Assembly: GCA_965219455.1 (NCBI GenBank)
Contig: OZ244744.1
Span: 4,064,001-4,128,000 of the forward strand
Source: Candidatus Latescibacterota bacterium
Lineage (GTDB): Bacteria; Latescibacterota; UBA2968; GCA-2709665
Length of the DNA stretch: 64,000 nucleotides
Reading direction: 5' to 3'
Positions 48,919 to 58,329 of this stretch are shown in pieces. The notes beneath the pieces are model-generated. The model worked only from the letters and a program-made list of their open reading frames with translations, was not told the DNA's origin and made no database searches. The translations under genes and the position numbers were made by a program. Within the stretch, counting starts at the first letter, position 1. Each line of letters begins with the position of its first letter.

Positions 48919-50627
48919 TAGAGTCTTACAGTGTGACTTCTACGCAAAATGCGTAGATAATTATTCATGCTGCTTGTTTAGTGGTAGGGTGTTGATGGTA
49001 AAGGGTCAAAGACAAGGCGAGTGTTTTGTGCCCCGCGGGTGTGACGCGCCATCGTCTGGACCGTGGGATTTTTGCAATCAGGCCGCGGACGTGTAGACGT
49101 TTGAGGAGGCGGCTGGTGGCATTGGCGTGCCGAGTGCGTTGCAGAAGGGATGCGGGTTGTTGGAAGAGGTGTGTTCGGATGTCCTGGTTGCGGAAGCCCA
49201 TAAGGGCGTGTTCGCCTTTCAACACAGCGGTAAACAGGTCGAGGTCGTAAAGGTCGGCGGGGTTAAAGCCCCGATAGGTACGTCCCTTGTGCCTGCGTGG
49301 CCGCGCCAGTGTGGTGAGGCTTTGATGTCCGGTAGCGGCGTCAGGGGCTGCGGACAGCGCCTGAAAGTAGCGTTGGTTGGCCGTCAACGAGATTTCCCGA
49401 TAGCGGTAGAGGTTGGCCACGCCTTTGGCCATGGGATACCAGCCCATCACGCGTTGTCCTCGCCGTATGCCCCAGCGGCGAACCTTGAACTGCCTTGGAT
49501 GGTTGATCACTGTTTCGACGCGTAGTACGCACCCGTGTTTGTCGTACATTTTAATCCAGTTCTCACACATCCGGTGTTTGACTCTTGCGCCTTTGTGGCG
49601 TTTGTTTTTGAAGTCCGTGAGGACTTCACCCTGAAAGTTGCCGTGGAGTTTGCGGCCCAGGAAGGTCAAGATGTCCTGGGGAGAGAAGCACAGCACCGTG
49701 TGTCTGAGCAGGTTTTCATACAGCGCCTTCAGGGCGTGGGGGTTTTGGAACATCACGTCGGTGGCGAACTCGGCCTGGTCAACGACCCAGTAGTAGTCCA
49801 TGCCCAAAAGCAGGTCGTTGAGCAGGGGGTTGACCTTGCGGGCGAACGCAGAGAGAATGCGCGGCCAATTCTTGCCCACAAAACGATCGGCAAAGCGTTG
49901 CGCCCGGTCCACATCGGCAATCCAGACAAACGCGTTGTCCAATTTTTCATAGGCGATGCCGTGTTTGTCGAGCTTGCGCGCCAAGAACTCGTGGCCATTG
50001 AGACAGATCTGTACCACCAGCGGGAACCAGGACTGGATGCGGATATGCATCAGTCCAAACTCCCGGTCAATCCAGTAGAAGTAGTAGCACAGGCATTTCC
50101 GTTGTGCGTTGATCAGGCGAGGCCTTCCTTCCCCTGGCACCAGCTTGAAACTCTGGCAGCCTTCCAGGGCCCGAAACACACAGACCAGGCCTTGCGTGAT
50201 CCCATCGCGTTTTGCCAACCGTCGCGCTTCGTCCTCTTTCCTGATGGTGTTGCGTTGCAGATAGATGAACGGGCGCTCGTGCTTGTTTGCCATCGCCTCC
50301 GCGTGGGCTTTGATCGTATCGGAATGCGTCATCACAAAACGCTTGAAGTCCTTCAACAACAAACCCTGATTGCTGATGAACCGCTCCATCGCAGTTCCAA
50401 ATCCCAGCGGCAGGTACCCTTTGAACAGAACCCGATCAAAACAGGATACCACTCCGGTGATTTTTTCACTACATTGGTCCACGAAGTCTTTCACGGCGTT
50501 CCTCCTTCCATTGATGGCGGTGGGTACCACCATCATAGGGGATGAACGCCGTTTTGCATACCCAAAAACAATCTGCTCTTGACTACCACCTATTTGGTTG
50601 CGGCTGAGCAAAGCGAAGCCGCGCTAG
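48919..50627 (-). mobile_element. Putative insertion element without TIRs; hairpin ends, flanked by TAG
   Basis: Interrupts the normally adjacent udg-dnaB pair. TAG at 48919-21 and 50625-27. Hairpins TCTACGCA-AAA-TGCGTAGA (48939-57) and GCGGCT-N11-AGCCGC (50600-22). Base skew looks opposite to its neighbours. Confidence 0.7.
48965..50494 (-). CDS. Putative transposase with Rep_trans-like motifs and a C-terminal winged helix
   Basis: AGGAGG RBS before GTG 50494, 509 aa; QAEFATDVMF, IKMYDK..VLRVET, C-terminal SRLLKRLHVRGLIAKIPRSRRWRVT. Confidence 0.65.
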   Translation of the reverse strand: MKDFVDQCSEKITGVVSCFDRVLFKGYLPLGFGTAMERFISNQGLLLKDFKRFVMTHSDTIKAHAEAMANKHERPFIYLQRNTIRKEDEARRLAKRDGITQGLVCVFRALEGCQSFKLVPGEGRPRLINAQRKCLCYYFYWIDREFGLMHIRIQSWFPLVVQICLNGHEFLARKLDKHGIAYEKLDNAFVWIADVDRAQRFADRFVGKNWPRILSAFARKVNPLLNDLLLGMDYYWVVDQAEFATDVMFQNPHALKALYENLLRHTVLCFSPQDILTFLGRKLHGNFQGEVLTDFKNKRHKGARVKHRMCENWIKMYDKHGCVLRVETVINHPRQFKVRRWGIRRGQRVMGWYPMAKGVANLYRYREISLTANQRYFQALSAAPDAATGHQSLTTLARPRRHKGRTYRGFNPADLYDLDLFTAVLKGEHALMGFRNQDIRTHLFQQPASLLQRTRHANATSRLLKRLHVRGLIAKIPRSRRWRVTPAGHKTLALSLTLYHQHPTTKQAA

Positions 50628-50642
50628 GACAAACGGGCGTCC

Positions 50643-51323
50643 TTAACCGGCCGCGCCGTCGTACACTCGTCTGAGAAGCTGCAAATCCTGCCAGGCGGGG
50701 CGCTTCCATTGCTGGTTTCGCAGCAGTGCGGCCGGATGATAGGTGGGAATCAGATGAATGCCTCGGTAAGTAAAAAGCCGACCCCGCAGCGTGCCCAGCG
50801 GTTCGTCCGTATCCAACAGTGTCTGCGCGGCGAATCGACCCAGCGCGCAGATTACGACTGGCTGTATGTGTTCAATCTGCCGTTCGAGATAGGGCTTGCA
50901 TGTATTCACTTCTTCCGGCTGCGGGTCTCGGTTTCCCGGAGGCCGGCATTTGATTACATTGGCGATATAGACCTCTTCGCGTTGAAACCCGATGGCCTCG
51001 ATCATGCGGGTCAGCAATGCGCCGGCTGGCCCGACGAACGGCAACCCCGTCCTGTCTTCGTCCGCTCCGGGCGCCTCCCCGATAAACATCACGCCTGCAT
51101 TCGGGCTGCCGCTGCCAAAGACAACGGTGCGCCGACCCTCCGAAAGCCCGCACTTCCGGCAGTCACGGACCGATTCGTGGAAATCGGCAAGCCGTGTGCC
51201 TGCATCCGTGCGCATGAGTCTGAATTCGGTCAGACCATATTCCGCCTGGGTCTGAACGAACGTCCGCACCGCTTCCAGCGTCTCTCTCGCCTCGACGTCT
51301 AAGTCCACCGGTCTCTTACCCAA
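50643..51323 (-). CDS. Uracil-DNA glycosylase family 4 (4Fe-4S)
   Basis: [38 protein letters not shown]. Confidence 0.95.
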   Translation of the reverse strand: MGKRPVDLDVEARETLEAVRTFVQTQAEYGLTEFRLMRTDAGTRLADFHESVRDCRKCGLSEGRRTVVFGSGSPNAGVMFIGEAPGADEDRTGLPFVGPAGALLTRMIEAIGFQREEVYIANVIKCRPPGNRDPQPEEVNTCKPYLERQIEHIQPVVICALGRFAAQTLLDTDEPLGTLRGRLFTYRGIHLIPTYHPAALLRNQQWKRPAWQDLQLLRRVYDGAAG

Positions 51324-52498
51324 TCCAGAATCCGTTCCGCAACCTCGAGCTTGGACATTTTCGGCAAGGATTCTGCCTCACCACCCGCGTCGATCAGCGT
51401 GACCACATTGGTGTCGACGCCGAATCCGGCGCCCGCCACATTCAAATCGTTCAGGACAATCAGATCCAGGTGTTTCTCTTCGAGTTTCTTTCGCGCGTTA
51501 GACAGGCCATTTTCCGTTTCCATCGCAAATCCGACCACAACCCGGTCTTCTTTTCGGGCTCCAAGTTCCACCAGGAAATCCTCGTTCGCGACCAGATCCA
51601 GAGTCAGCCCGTTGGCGCTTTTTTTGATTTTTCTGTCAGAGACGACGCGAGGTTTGAAATCCAACACGGCCGCCGTCATTACCAGGGCATCCGCCCCTTC
51701 AAATGCCGATTCGGTCGCCGCGCGCATTTCAGATACCGTTCTTACTCGAATCAGGTCCACGCCTACGGGCGGATCCAGAATGCCGGGGCCGCTTACCAGC
51801 ACCACCTCGGCGCCACGCTGCCGCGCGCGGCGCGCCACCGCATACCCCATCTTTCCCGTGGACCGATTTGTGATAAAGCGGACCGGGTCGATATCTTCTT
51901 CCGTCCGTCCACCCGTCACGACAATCCTGCGGCCCGAAAGGTCGCCGCGTGTCTCGACCGTGGATACGGCCTCCGAAACGATTCGCTCCGGATCTGCAAG
52001 GCGCCCTTTTCCACTTCGGCCCGATGCGAGAGCTCCCTCGTCGGGTCCAATCACACGATATCCCATATTGGCAAGTCGCTGAAGATTGCGCTGTGACGCA
52101 GGATGCCGGTACATTGCCGTTTCCATGGCGGGAGCCAACATCACCGATGACTCACTGGAAAGCACCGTGCACGTCAACAAATCGTCCGCCAGGCCGTTTG
52201 CCATTTTGCCGATCACATTGGCCGTTGCCGGAGCGATAAGAATCAGGTCGGGCCATTCACCCAACGTGACGTGGATAACTTCCGGATCACCCGTCTCAGG
52301 AAAAAGCCGGGTGTAGACACGGTGGCCGGAGATCGCTTCAAACGTTAATGGACGTATGAATTTCTGTGCCGCGGCTGTCATCATCACGCGCACTTCGGCG
52401 CCCTCCCGCTGCAGGCCGCGAAGCACTTCAACGCCCTTGTAGGCGGCAATCCCACCGCTAATTCCGAGAAGGATCCTCATTTTCGACGGCGTTGCCAT
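51299..52498 (-). CDS. coaBC: Phosphopantothenoylcysteine decarboxylase/synthetase
   Basis: GGIAAYK, APATAN, APAM, DPVRFITNRSTGKMG, VGFAMET. Confidence 0.96.
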   Translation of the reverse strand: MATPSKMRILLGISGGIAAYKGVEVLRGLQREGAEVRVMMTAAAQKFIRPLTFEAISGHRVYTRLFPETGDPEVIHVTLGEWPDLILIAPATANVIGKMANGLADDLLTCTVLSSESSVMLAPAMETAMYRHPASQRNLQRLANMGYRVIGPDEGALASGRSGKGRLADPERIVSEAVSTVETRGDLSGRRIVVTGGRTEEDIDPVRFITNRSTGKMGYAVARRARQRGAEVVLVSGPGILDPPVGVDLIRVRTVSEMRAATESAFEGADALVMTAAVLDFKPRVVSDRKIKKSANGLTLDLVANEDFLVELGARKEDRVVVGFAMETENGLSNARKKLEEKHLDLIVLNDLNVAGAGFGVDTNVVTLIDAGGEAESLPKMSKLEVAERILDWVRDRWT

Positions 52499-52712
52499 CT
52501 TCCGCTTCCTCATCGCCGTCGTACGAAGCCTGTACTTTGCCCGTCGACAGTCGATCAAGCGACAGCGTTGTGGGTTTTTCCGCCTCTCCTGAAACGTCTC
52601 TCGCCATCCGGGCCTGGTTGATCCGGCGGGACTCTTTCGAAGCGGCGCTGACCGCCTCGTATGGGTTTGTTTCGTCGTTGCTGATCTCTTCCAGAAAGAA
52701 AATCCGTGGCAT
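52458..52712 (-). CDS. rpoZ: RNA polymerase omega subunit
   Basis: NPYEAV..ASKESRRIN...EKPTTLSL; lies between gmk and coaBC; GGAGG RBS. Confidence 0.8.
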   Translation of the reverse strand: MPRIFFLEEISNDETNPYEAVSAASKESRRINQARMARDVSGEAEKPTTLSLDRLSTGKVQASYDGDEEAEDGNAVENEDPSRN

Positions 52713-52817
52713 ATGGACCTAATCCTCCATTTGTGGGGCGTGGCTGTCCGTGGTCGACGTAGAATTTCCTTTCGTGCACCTGTTTAGGACGATATGACGC
52801 CCCTGTGCAATGCTGCG

Positions 52818-53483
52818 TCAAGGCGCATTCCCCTGCCCGAATTCAACGAGGAGATCGGGCGTTCGCCATGGCCTGCGTCGCTCGACGCGAATCAGTTCCT
52901 GAACCTCGGTGATGGCTTGATCCAAATCTGTATTGACGATGAGATAATCGAACTCTATGGCTCTGGCAAGTTCCATTCGTGCGTTTTTCAACCTGCGCTT
53001 CAAGGCGGCGACCTCTTCGGTCTGACGCCCCCCCAAGCGCTTTTCAAGCACGTTGACCGATGGCGGCAGTATGAACACGCTTATGCACCGTTCCTTGAGC
53101 AGACGCTTCCACGCCGCCGTGCCCTGTACGTCTACCACGAGCAGCAAGACCCCGCCGTTACCAAGTGCCCGCGAAATCGCCTCAAAAGTCGTGCCATAAA
53201 GAAAGCCGTACACCTCCGCCCATTCGAGAAAATACCCCTGTTTCAACCTGGAACGAAACGCCTCCTCCGAAACGAAATGGTAATCCACTCCTTCCGTCTC
53301 GTCGTGACGCTTCGCGCGGGTGGTGGTGGTTACGCATCTCCGCAGCGCGTCGTCACGTGCCAGGAGTCCCCGGCTGATTGATGTCTTACCTGCCCCCGCA
53401 GGACCGGACAGCACGACGGCGAACGAAGTGGGATCGCGATCGAGTCGCCTTCGAAGGGTCTCAATTCCGAACGATTTTTCCAT
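52818..53483 (-). CDS. gmk: Guanylate kinase
   Basis: SGPAGAGKT, TTRAKR..E.EGVDYHFV, FLEWAEV...YGT. Confidence 0.95.
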   Translation of the reverse strand: MEKSFGIETLRRRLDRDPTSFAVVLSGPAGAGKTSISRGLLARDDALRRCVTTTTRAKRHDETEGVDYHFVSEEAFRSRLKQGYFLEWAEVYGFLYGTTFEAISRALGNGGVLLLVVDVQGTAAWKRLLKERCISVFILPPSVNVLEKRLGGRQTEEVAALKRRLKNARMELARAIEFDYLIVNTDLDQAITEVQELIRVERRRPWRTPDLLVEFGQGNAP

Positions 53484-53500
53484 CTGTGGAACCGATCACG

Positions 53501-54379
53501 CTATTCTATGTTCTGCACCTGCTCTTTGAGCTTCTCGATCTCTTCCTTGATCCCGACCACCAGATGCGCAATGTCCACGTCGCCGGCTTTGGAGCCGATT
53601 GTATTCGCTTCCCGGAGCATCTCCTGGAGCAGAAAATTCAGACGCCGGCCGATTGGCTCGTTTCGATCGAGTGTTTTTAGAAATTGCTCGTTGTGGCTGT
53701 GGAAGCGGACCGTTTCCTCGGTAATGTCCATTCGCTCGGCGAGCACGGCGATTTCCGTGATAAGGCGGTTCTGGTCAACCTGTTCCGGGGCGATCAGTTC
53801 CCGGAGTTTCTCATTGAGTTTCTTGTGCGCGGATTCGACCTGGTTGGGCGCCAACTTCTGGACCTGAATGATCAGATCCTCAAGGTGATGAACGCGCTGG
53901 ACGAAATCTTCTGACAGCCGTTTGCCCTCTCTGGCTCGCATCGATTGGCACTGGGCCACCGCCTGTTCGCAGGCCGGCGCGACCACCTTCCAGACGGCTT
54001 CAAAGTCCGGCGCCGTGGATTCGAATTCGAATACATTTGGCATCAGCGCCAACTGTATGGGATCGGGTGCATCCGAAAGACCCAGGCGCTGTTGAAGCCG
54101 CGCAAGCCCGTTGCGATATCCCTCAAAGATCCGCTCGTTTAGAACCGGAATGCCCTGTTCAAGCGCTTTACCGCTCAGGTTCAGCGAGAACCGGACGTGG
54201 CCCCGCGAGAAAACAGAAAGCGCGAGTTCCTTGATTTGGGGTTCCAGGGCCGATAGTTGCCCGGGCAGATGGACGGATACCTCGCCGTATCGCCCGTTGA
54301 CCGACTTCACCTCCACCGTGGCGCGATACCCGTCAGTTTCGGCTTCTCCCCTCCCGAAACCCGTCATGCTGACAACCAT
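53501..54379 (-). CDS. yicC: YicC/YloC family endoribonuclease
   Basis: SMTGFG, KSVN, DITEE, GRRLNFLLQEMLREANTIGSK, EQVQNIE. Confidence 0.95.
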   Translation of the reverse strand: MVVSMTGFGRGEAETDGYRATVEVKSVNGRYGEVSVHLPGQLSALEPQIKELALSVFSRGHVRFSLNLSGKALEQGIPVLNERIFEGYRNGLARLQQRLGLSDAPDPIQLALMPNVFEFESTAPDFEAVWKVVAPACEQAVAQCQSMRAREGKRLSEDFVQRVHHLEDLIIQVQKLAPNQVESAHKKLNEKLRELIAPEQVDQNRLITEIAVLAERMDITEETVRFHSHNEQFLKTLDRNEPIGRRLNFLLQEMLREANTIGSKAGDVDIAHLVVGIKEEIEKLKEQVQNIE

Positions 54380-54429
54380 ACGTTCTCCCGTCACTACGCC
54401 GCACAAAGGGTGTAAAAATGAAACTTATA

Positions 54430-54458
54430 AAGATAGCACATTCAAGGGCGTTTGTCAA
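54430..54458 (-). promoter_or_regulatory. Sigma70 promoter of the yicC-gmk operon
   Basis: Minus strand TTGACA-17 nt (ending TGC)-TATCTT. Confidence 0.65.
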
Positions 54459-54585
54459 CCGGCAAACCGCGGCGCCGTTGTCGAAAATTCGAATTGCCCC
54501 ATGAGTGGCGCCGGCGTACATTCCGGAAAACCACCGAACTCATGTCGGGCAGCGCCAGTCTCACACGCACTGAAAGGAACCAGGC

Positions 54586-55155
54586 ATGCACGATAGATGC
54601 CGTTTTGCGGTGTTGTCTTTTTGCACCTTATGGCTGTGTCTCAGCCATGCCCTCGCGCCGCGGGCATATCCAGCGGAAAAGGATCTGGTCAAGACCGAGG
54701 TTCATCAGGTCGGGCGGGACTCGGAAGATCAATATATCGTTTTTCTGCGGAACAGCGAGACCGGACGACTTCTGCCCATCTGGATCGGTCCCTGCGAAGC
54801 GATGGCAATCTGGCGAAAACTGAACAACGAGACGTTTCCCCGTCCGTTCACCCACGATTTATTCCACAACGTCATGGAGGAGGCCGGGGTTCGTCTTCGA
54901 TCCATCGTGATAGACGAACTTCGCCCACTGAAAGAGGGGGGTCTGAGGAGTACGTATTTTGCCGTTCTGACCCTGCAGAGTCCGGATGGAACAACCTTCA
55001 AAATGGACGCTCGCCCAAGCGATTCATTGGCGCTGGCCGTCCGAATGGGCCTTCCGGTTCACGTGGTACGCGACATTCTTGAAAGCCACGGAATCCCCGA
55101 AAAAGAGGCGCCTCCGAATCCGGCGGCGCCCCGCAAGACACCCAGATACTTTTGA
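54586..55155 (+). CDS. DUF151 bifunctional-nuclease-family protein with apparent signal peptide
   Basis: LPIWIG..EA, RPFTHDL, DARPSDS; N-terminal RCR plus hydrophobic stretch plus ALA. Confidence 0.82.
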   Translation: MHDRCRFAVLSFCTLWLCLSHALAPRAYPAEKDLVKTEVHQVGRDSEDQYIVFLRNSETGRLLPIWIGPCEAMAIWRKLNNETFPRPFTHDLFHNVMEEAGVRLRSIVIDELRPLKEGGLRSTYFAVLTLQSPDGTTFKMDARPSDSLALAVRMGLPVHVVRDILESHGIPEKEAPPNPAAPRKTPRYF

Positions 55156-55265
55156 TCGACCGGCGGAGAATGCCCTACTTCGCACCGGGCCATTTCAAAC
55201 TCCAACCAACGGGACTCCGCGCCTCTTATGGGTCAAATTCCGGCGATAGTTTCTTCCTGGTTGTA

Positions 55266-55811
55266 TCACGACACCACATCGAAATCGTGTACATCCTCTC
55301 CTGCCTCGGTCGATAGAATATCGAGCGCGGCGGATGCTCCCTGGCCGGCGGAAATAATCGCCTGTGTCTTCCGCAGTCGCGTACTCCAACCCACTACGTA
55401 CAGTCCTTCAACGGTCGTGCGTCCGTCCCTGTCGCATACCAGCCCGTCGGGGCCTCTCTCCAACCCGACATTCACGCCCAGTTTCACATTGGTTCCTGCC
55501 GCCAGAATCAGATAGTTTCCTGCGTGTGTGGCCCCGCCCTCCGTGGTCACCGTGAATCCGGTTTGGGTTTTTTCGACGCCGGCTACCTGTACATTTTCGA
55601 TGCGAGTACCCTGCGCCTTCACCTGATCCCGCGAGATCCGTTGAAATTCGCTCCCTGTCAACTCTGGAATACCCAGGTAATTGTAGAGCATTGCCTTATG
55701 CATGGGCGTTGTATCCTGCCCGAATACCGCCACATCCATGCCGTTCTTGGCCAGAAACAGGGCCGCGCTCAGGCCACCTGGACCATCTCCTACCACCAAT
55801 ACCGATGCCAT
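55266..55811 (-). CDS. Short FAD-dependent oxidoreductase (thioredoxin-reductase-like)
   Basis: VGDGPGGLSAA, NYLG, T.VEGLYVVG, QAIISAG.G, HDFD; GGAGG RBS. Confidence 0.85.
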   Translation of the reverse strand: MASVLVVGDGPGGLSAALFLAKNGMDVAVFGQDTTPMHKAMLYNYLGIPELTGSEFQRISRDQVKAQGTRIENVQVAGVEKTQTGFTVTTEGGATHAGNYLILAAGTNVKLGVNVGLERGPDGLVCDRDGRTTVEGLYVVGWSTRLRKTQAIISAGQGASAALDILSTEAGEDVHDFDVVS

Positions 55812-55829
55812 TATATCCTCCTGTCAGGG

Positions 55830-55999
55830 CTTAACAGTCAGTTGATAAAGTCGCTCTGCAGGCGAGGCCGAGCCATTGTGACCGAAGACAAGGCGCGCGA
55901 CCGAGTCGAATCTGGGGATTCGGGAAGGGAGCGCAACGCAGTAATTCGGGCACAAGAGCCGGCCGCAGCCCGGATGGACTTTTTTAACGGGCTGTTAAG
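55830..55999. mobile_element. MITE-like element, family B
   Basis: 23-bp TIRs CTTAACAGTCAGTTGATAAAGTC / GACTTTTTTAACGGGCTGTTAAG (4 mismatches); no convincing coding content. Confidence 0.7.
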
Positions 56000-56035
56000 T
56001 ATCGTTTGTTTCCTCGGTTGGCACTCTCGTGTTTC

Positions 56036-58114
56036 TCACGACGAATCCTGTAACAACGCGTCCAGTTGGGCTTCTGTCGTTACCGGCGCGGAACAGACGG
56101 AATCTCTGCACACGTACGCGGTGGGTTTTCCGTCCACTGTCGTCTTGCCGGCAAGAAGTGGAATACGTCGTGACAGATCCTCACTTTTCTCTGGATCCGT
56201 ACGCACAATCACCCGGTTGGAAAGCAGGCGTCTGTATGCGGCCGCCAAGAGCTTTTTCGTGTCTGCGTCCTCCGGTTCGCCCACCAATACGACCTCGACC
56301 GGACGCCGGGAGAAGAAATCGAGACCGCAGAGCATCTGACCGAAACCGGACGGCATCTCTCGGAGCATCGGTTCGAACAGCTTCAGGGTTTGCTCTGCCC
56401 TCTTCCACAGATCCGGCCGGTCGAGAATCGTACCCAGACGCATTAAGGACATAACGGCCATCGAATTTCCGGATGGGGTCGCGTTGTCGTAAGGATTCTT
56501 GGAACGGACAATCAGTTCCTCGTTCGACTTTCCGGAAAAAAAGAAACCACCCTCCGCCGGGTCCCAGAACTCATCGAGCATCGTCTCCGTGAGCGTCTCC
56601 GCCGCATCCAGCCAGGCCGGATCGAAGGAGGCCTCGTAAAGGTCGAGAAGTCCACAGCAGAAAAAGGCGTAATCGTCCTGGTATCCCACGAACCGGGCCC
56701 GTCCGGCCTTGTACGTGTGCAACAGACGTCCGGATTCCGTCAGCATGTGTTGGAGGATGAATCCGGCCGCGTTTTGTGCCGTTTCGAGATACTCTTGTTT
56801 TCCGAGAACCTGATAGGCACGCGCAAAAGCCGAGATCATGAGACCGTTCCAGCTCACCTGGATTTTATCATCCCGTTCCGGCTTGATCCTGCCCTCGCGA
56901 ACGGCTGCCAGTACCTCCCGCCCGCGCCGCGTCGCGGCTTCCAGGCGCGCCAGGTCCACGTCCAGGAACCGGGTTAACTCTTGCGCCGCCACAGGTATAT
57001 TCAGAATACTCTTGCCGTGTTCAAAATTGCCCTCCGACCGTACATCGTAATGCCGGCAAAACAGCCGCCCGTCTTCTTCCTCCAGCAATGTGTGCACCTC
57101 CTCCTGATCCCAGACGAAAAATTTCCCCTCCTCCCCTTCGCTGTCCGCGTCCTGGGTGGAATAGAATCCTCCCTGCGGATCGGTCATCTCGCGCATGACA
57201 TACGACAGCGTTTCCTGTGCAATCTTTCGGAACAGCGGCTCTCGGGTAAGTTGAAAAGCTTCCAGATAGAGCCCGGTCAGCAGGGCATTATCGTAAAGCA
57301 TTTTCTCGAAGTGTGGGACCAGCCATTGATGGTCAACCGAGTACCGATGGAATCCGCCACCCAGGTGATCGTATATCCCGCCGTGCGCCATTTTCCGCAG
57401 CGTCAGCAGTACCATATCCAGTGCGTTGCGATTTCCGGTTCTCTCGAATTCTCGCAGAAAAACCGATAGGTTCATGGTACTTGGAAACTTCGGCTGCGAT
57501 CCGAACCCTCCGTTTTCTGAATCAAAATTGCGGGCGATCTGCGCAAATCCGTTAGAAAACAACCCACCGGTCAACTCTCCGTCCAGGTTTCGCAAGTCGG
57601 TCAGCCGTTTTAAACCGGCCATCAGCCGTTCGGCCGCTTCTCCCACTTTGTCCCTGTTCTCGCGGTAATGCCTGGCCACGGAGCGCAGCACGTCGGGAAA
57701 TCCCGGTCGACCGTATCTGCTGTCGGGAGGGAAATAGGTGCCGCCGTAGAACGGTGTTCCATCGGGCGTGAGAAACACGCTCATCGGCCACCCTCCGGCG
57801 CCGGTCATCATCTGAACCGCATTCATATAGATTTCGTCCACATCCGGACGTTCTTCGCGGTCTACCTTTACGTTTACGAAGAAATGATTCATCACGGTTG
57901 CAATGGTCTCATTCTCAAACGACTCCCTTTCCATCACATGGCACCAGTGGCAGGCCGAATAACCGATACTCAGGAAAATGGGGCGGTCCGATTTTTTCGC
58001 CTGTTTAAAAGCTTCGTCGCCCCACGGAAACCAGTCCACCGGGTTATGCGCGTGTTGCAACAGATAAGGGCTCGTTTCATGTAACAACCGATTTGTAAAA
58101 CGCGGCTTTTTCAT
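56036..58114 (-). CDS. Thioredoxin-domain protein YyaL/SSP411
   Basis: [47 protein letters not shown]. Confidence 0.95.
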   Translation of the reverse strand: MKKPRFTNRLLHETSPYLLQHAHNPVDWFPWGDEAFKQAKKSDRPIFLSIGYSACHWCHVMERESFENETIATVMNHFFVNVKVDREERPDVDEIYMNAVQMMTGAGGWPMSVFLTPDGTPFYGGTYFPPDSRYGRPGFPDVLRSVARHYRENRDKVGEAAERLMAGLKRLTDLRNLDGELTGGLFSNGFAQIARNFDSENGGFGSQPKFPSTMNLSVFLREFERTGNRNALDMVLLTLRKMAHGGIYDHLGGGFHRYSVDHQWLVPHFEKMLYDNALLTGLYLEAFQLTREPLFRKIAQETLSYVMREMTDPQGGFYSTQDADSEGEEGKFFVWDQEEVHTLLEEEDGRLFCRHYDVRSEGNFEHGKSILNIPVAAQELTRFLDVDLARLEAATRRGREVLAAVREGRIKPERDDKIQVSWNGLMISAFARAYQVLGKQEYLETAQNAAGFILQHMLTESGRLLHTYKAGRARFVGYQDDYAFFCCGLLDLYEASFDPAWLDAAETLTETMLDEFWDPAEGGFFFSGKSNEELIVRSKNPYDNATPSGNSMAVMSLMRLGTILDRPDLWKRAEQTLKLFEPMLREMPSGFGQMLCGLDFFSRRPVEVVLVGEPEDADTKKLLAAAYRRLLSNRVIVRTDPEKSEDLSRRIPLLAGKTTVDGKPTAYVCRDSVCSAPVTTEAQLDALLQDSS

Positions 58115-58329
58115 CGATGGTTCCCGAGTCTTAATCGCATTGATGCTGATTGAGTCCGTGGGTGAGCTTCCGTGCGTAATGACACGGTCTACCTGCAGCG
58201 GGCGGGTGGGTCGCGACGGGTAATCCCGCGAGTTGCGGGCAATGTCGGTTCGACCCGATCGGTGATTCAGCCGGCTGGCGACGGCCTATCGACGCCGCAA
58301 GCCCTGGCGCAGGCAGGAAATGGCTGGAT

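Noticed and set aside
49535-50545. 336-aa ORF antisense to the putative transposase
   Set aside because: No motifs or RBS; reads as a codon mirror of the minus-strand gene.
52458-52498. rpoZ/coaBC overlap as a frameshift
   Set aside because: Both proteins are complete, and short overlaps are common in this operon.
55266-55811. Possible truncated trxB pseudogene
   Set aside because: It has an RBS, both FAD-binding halves and a clean C-terminus, which fits a naturally short family lacking the NADPH domain.
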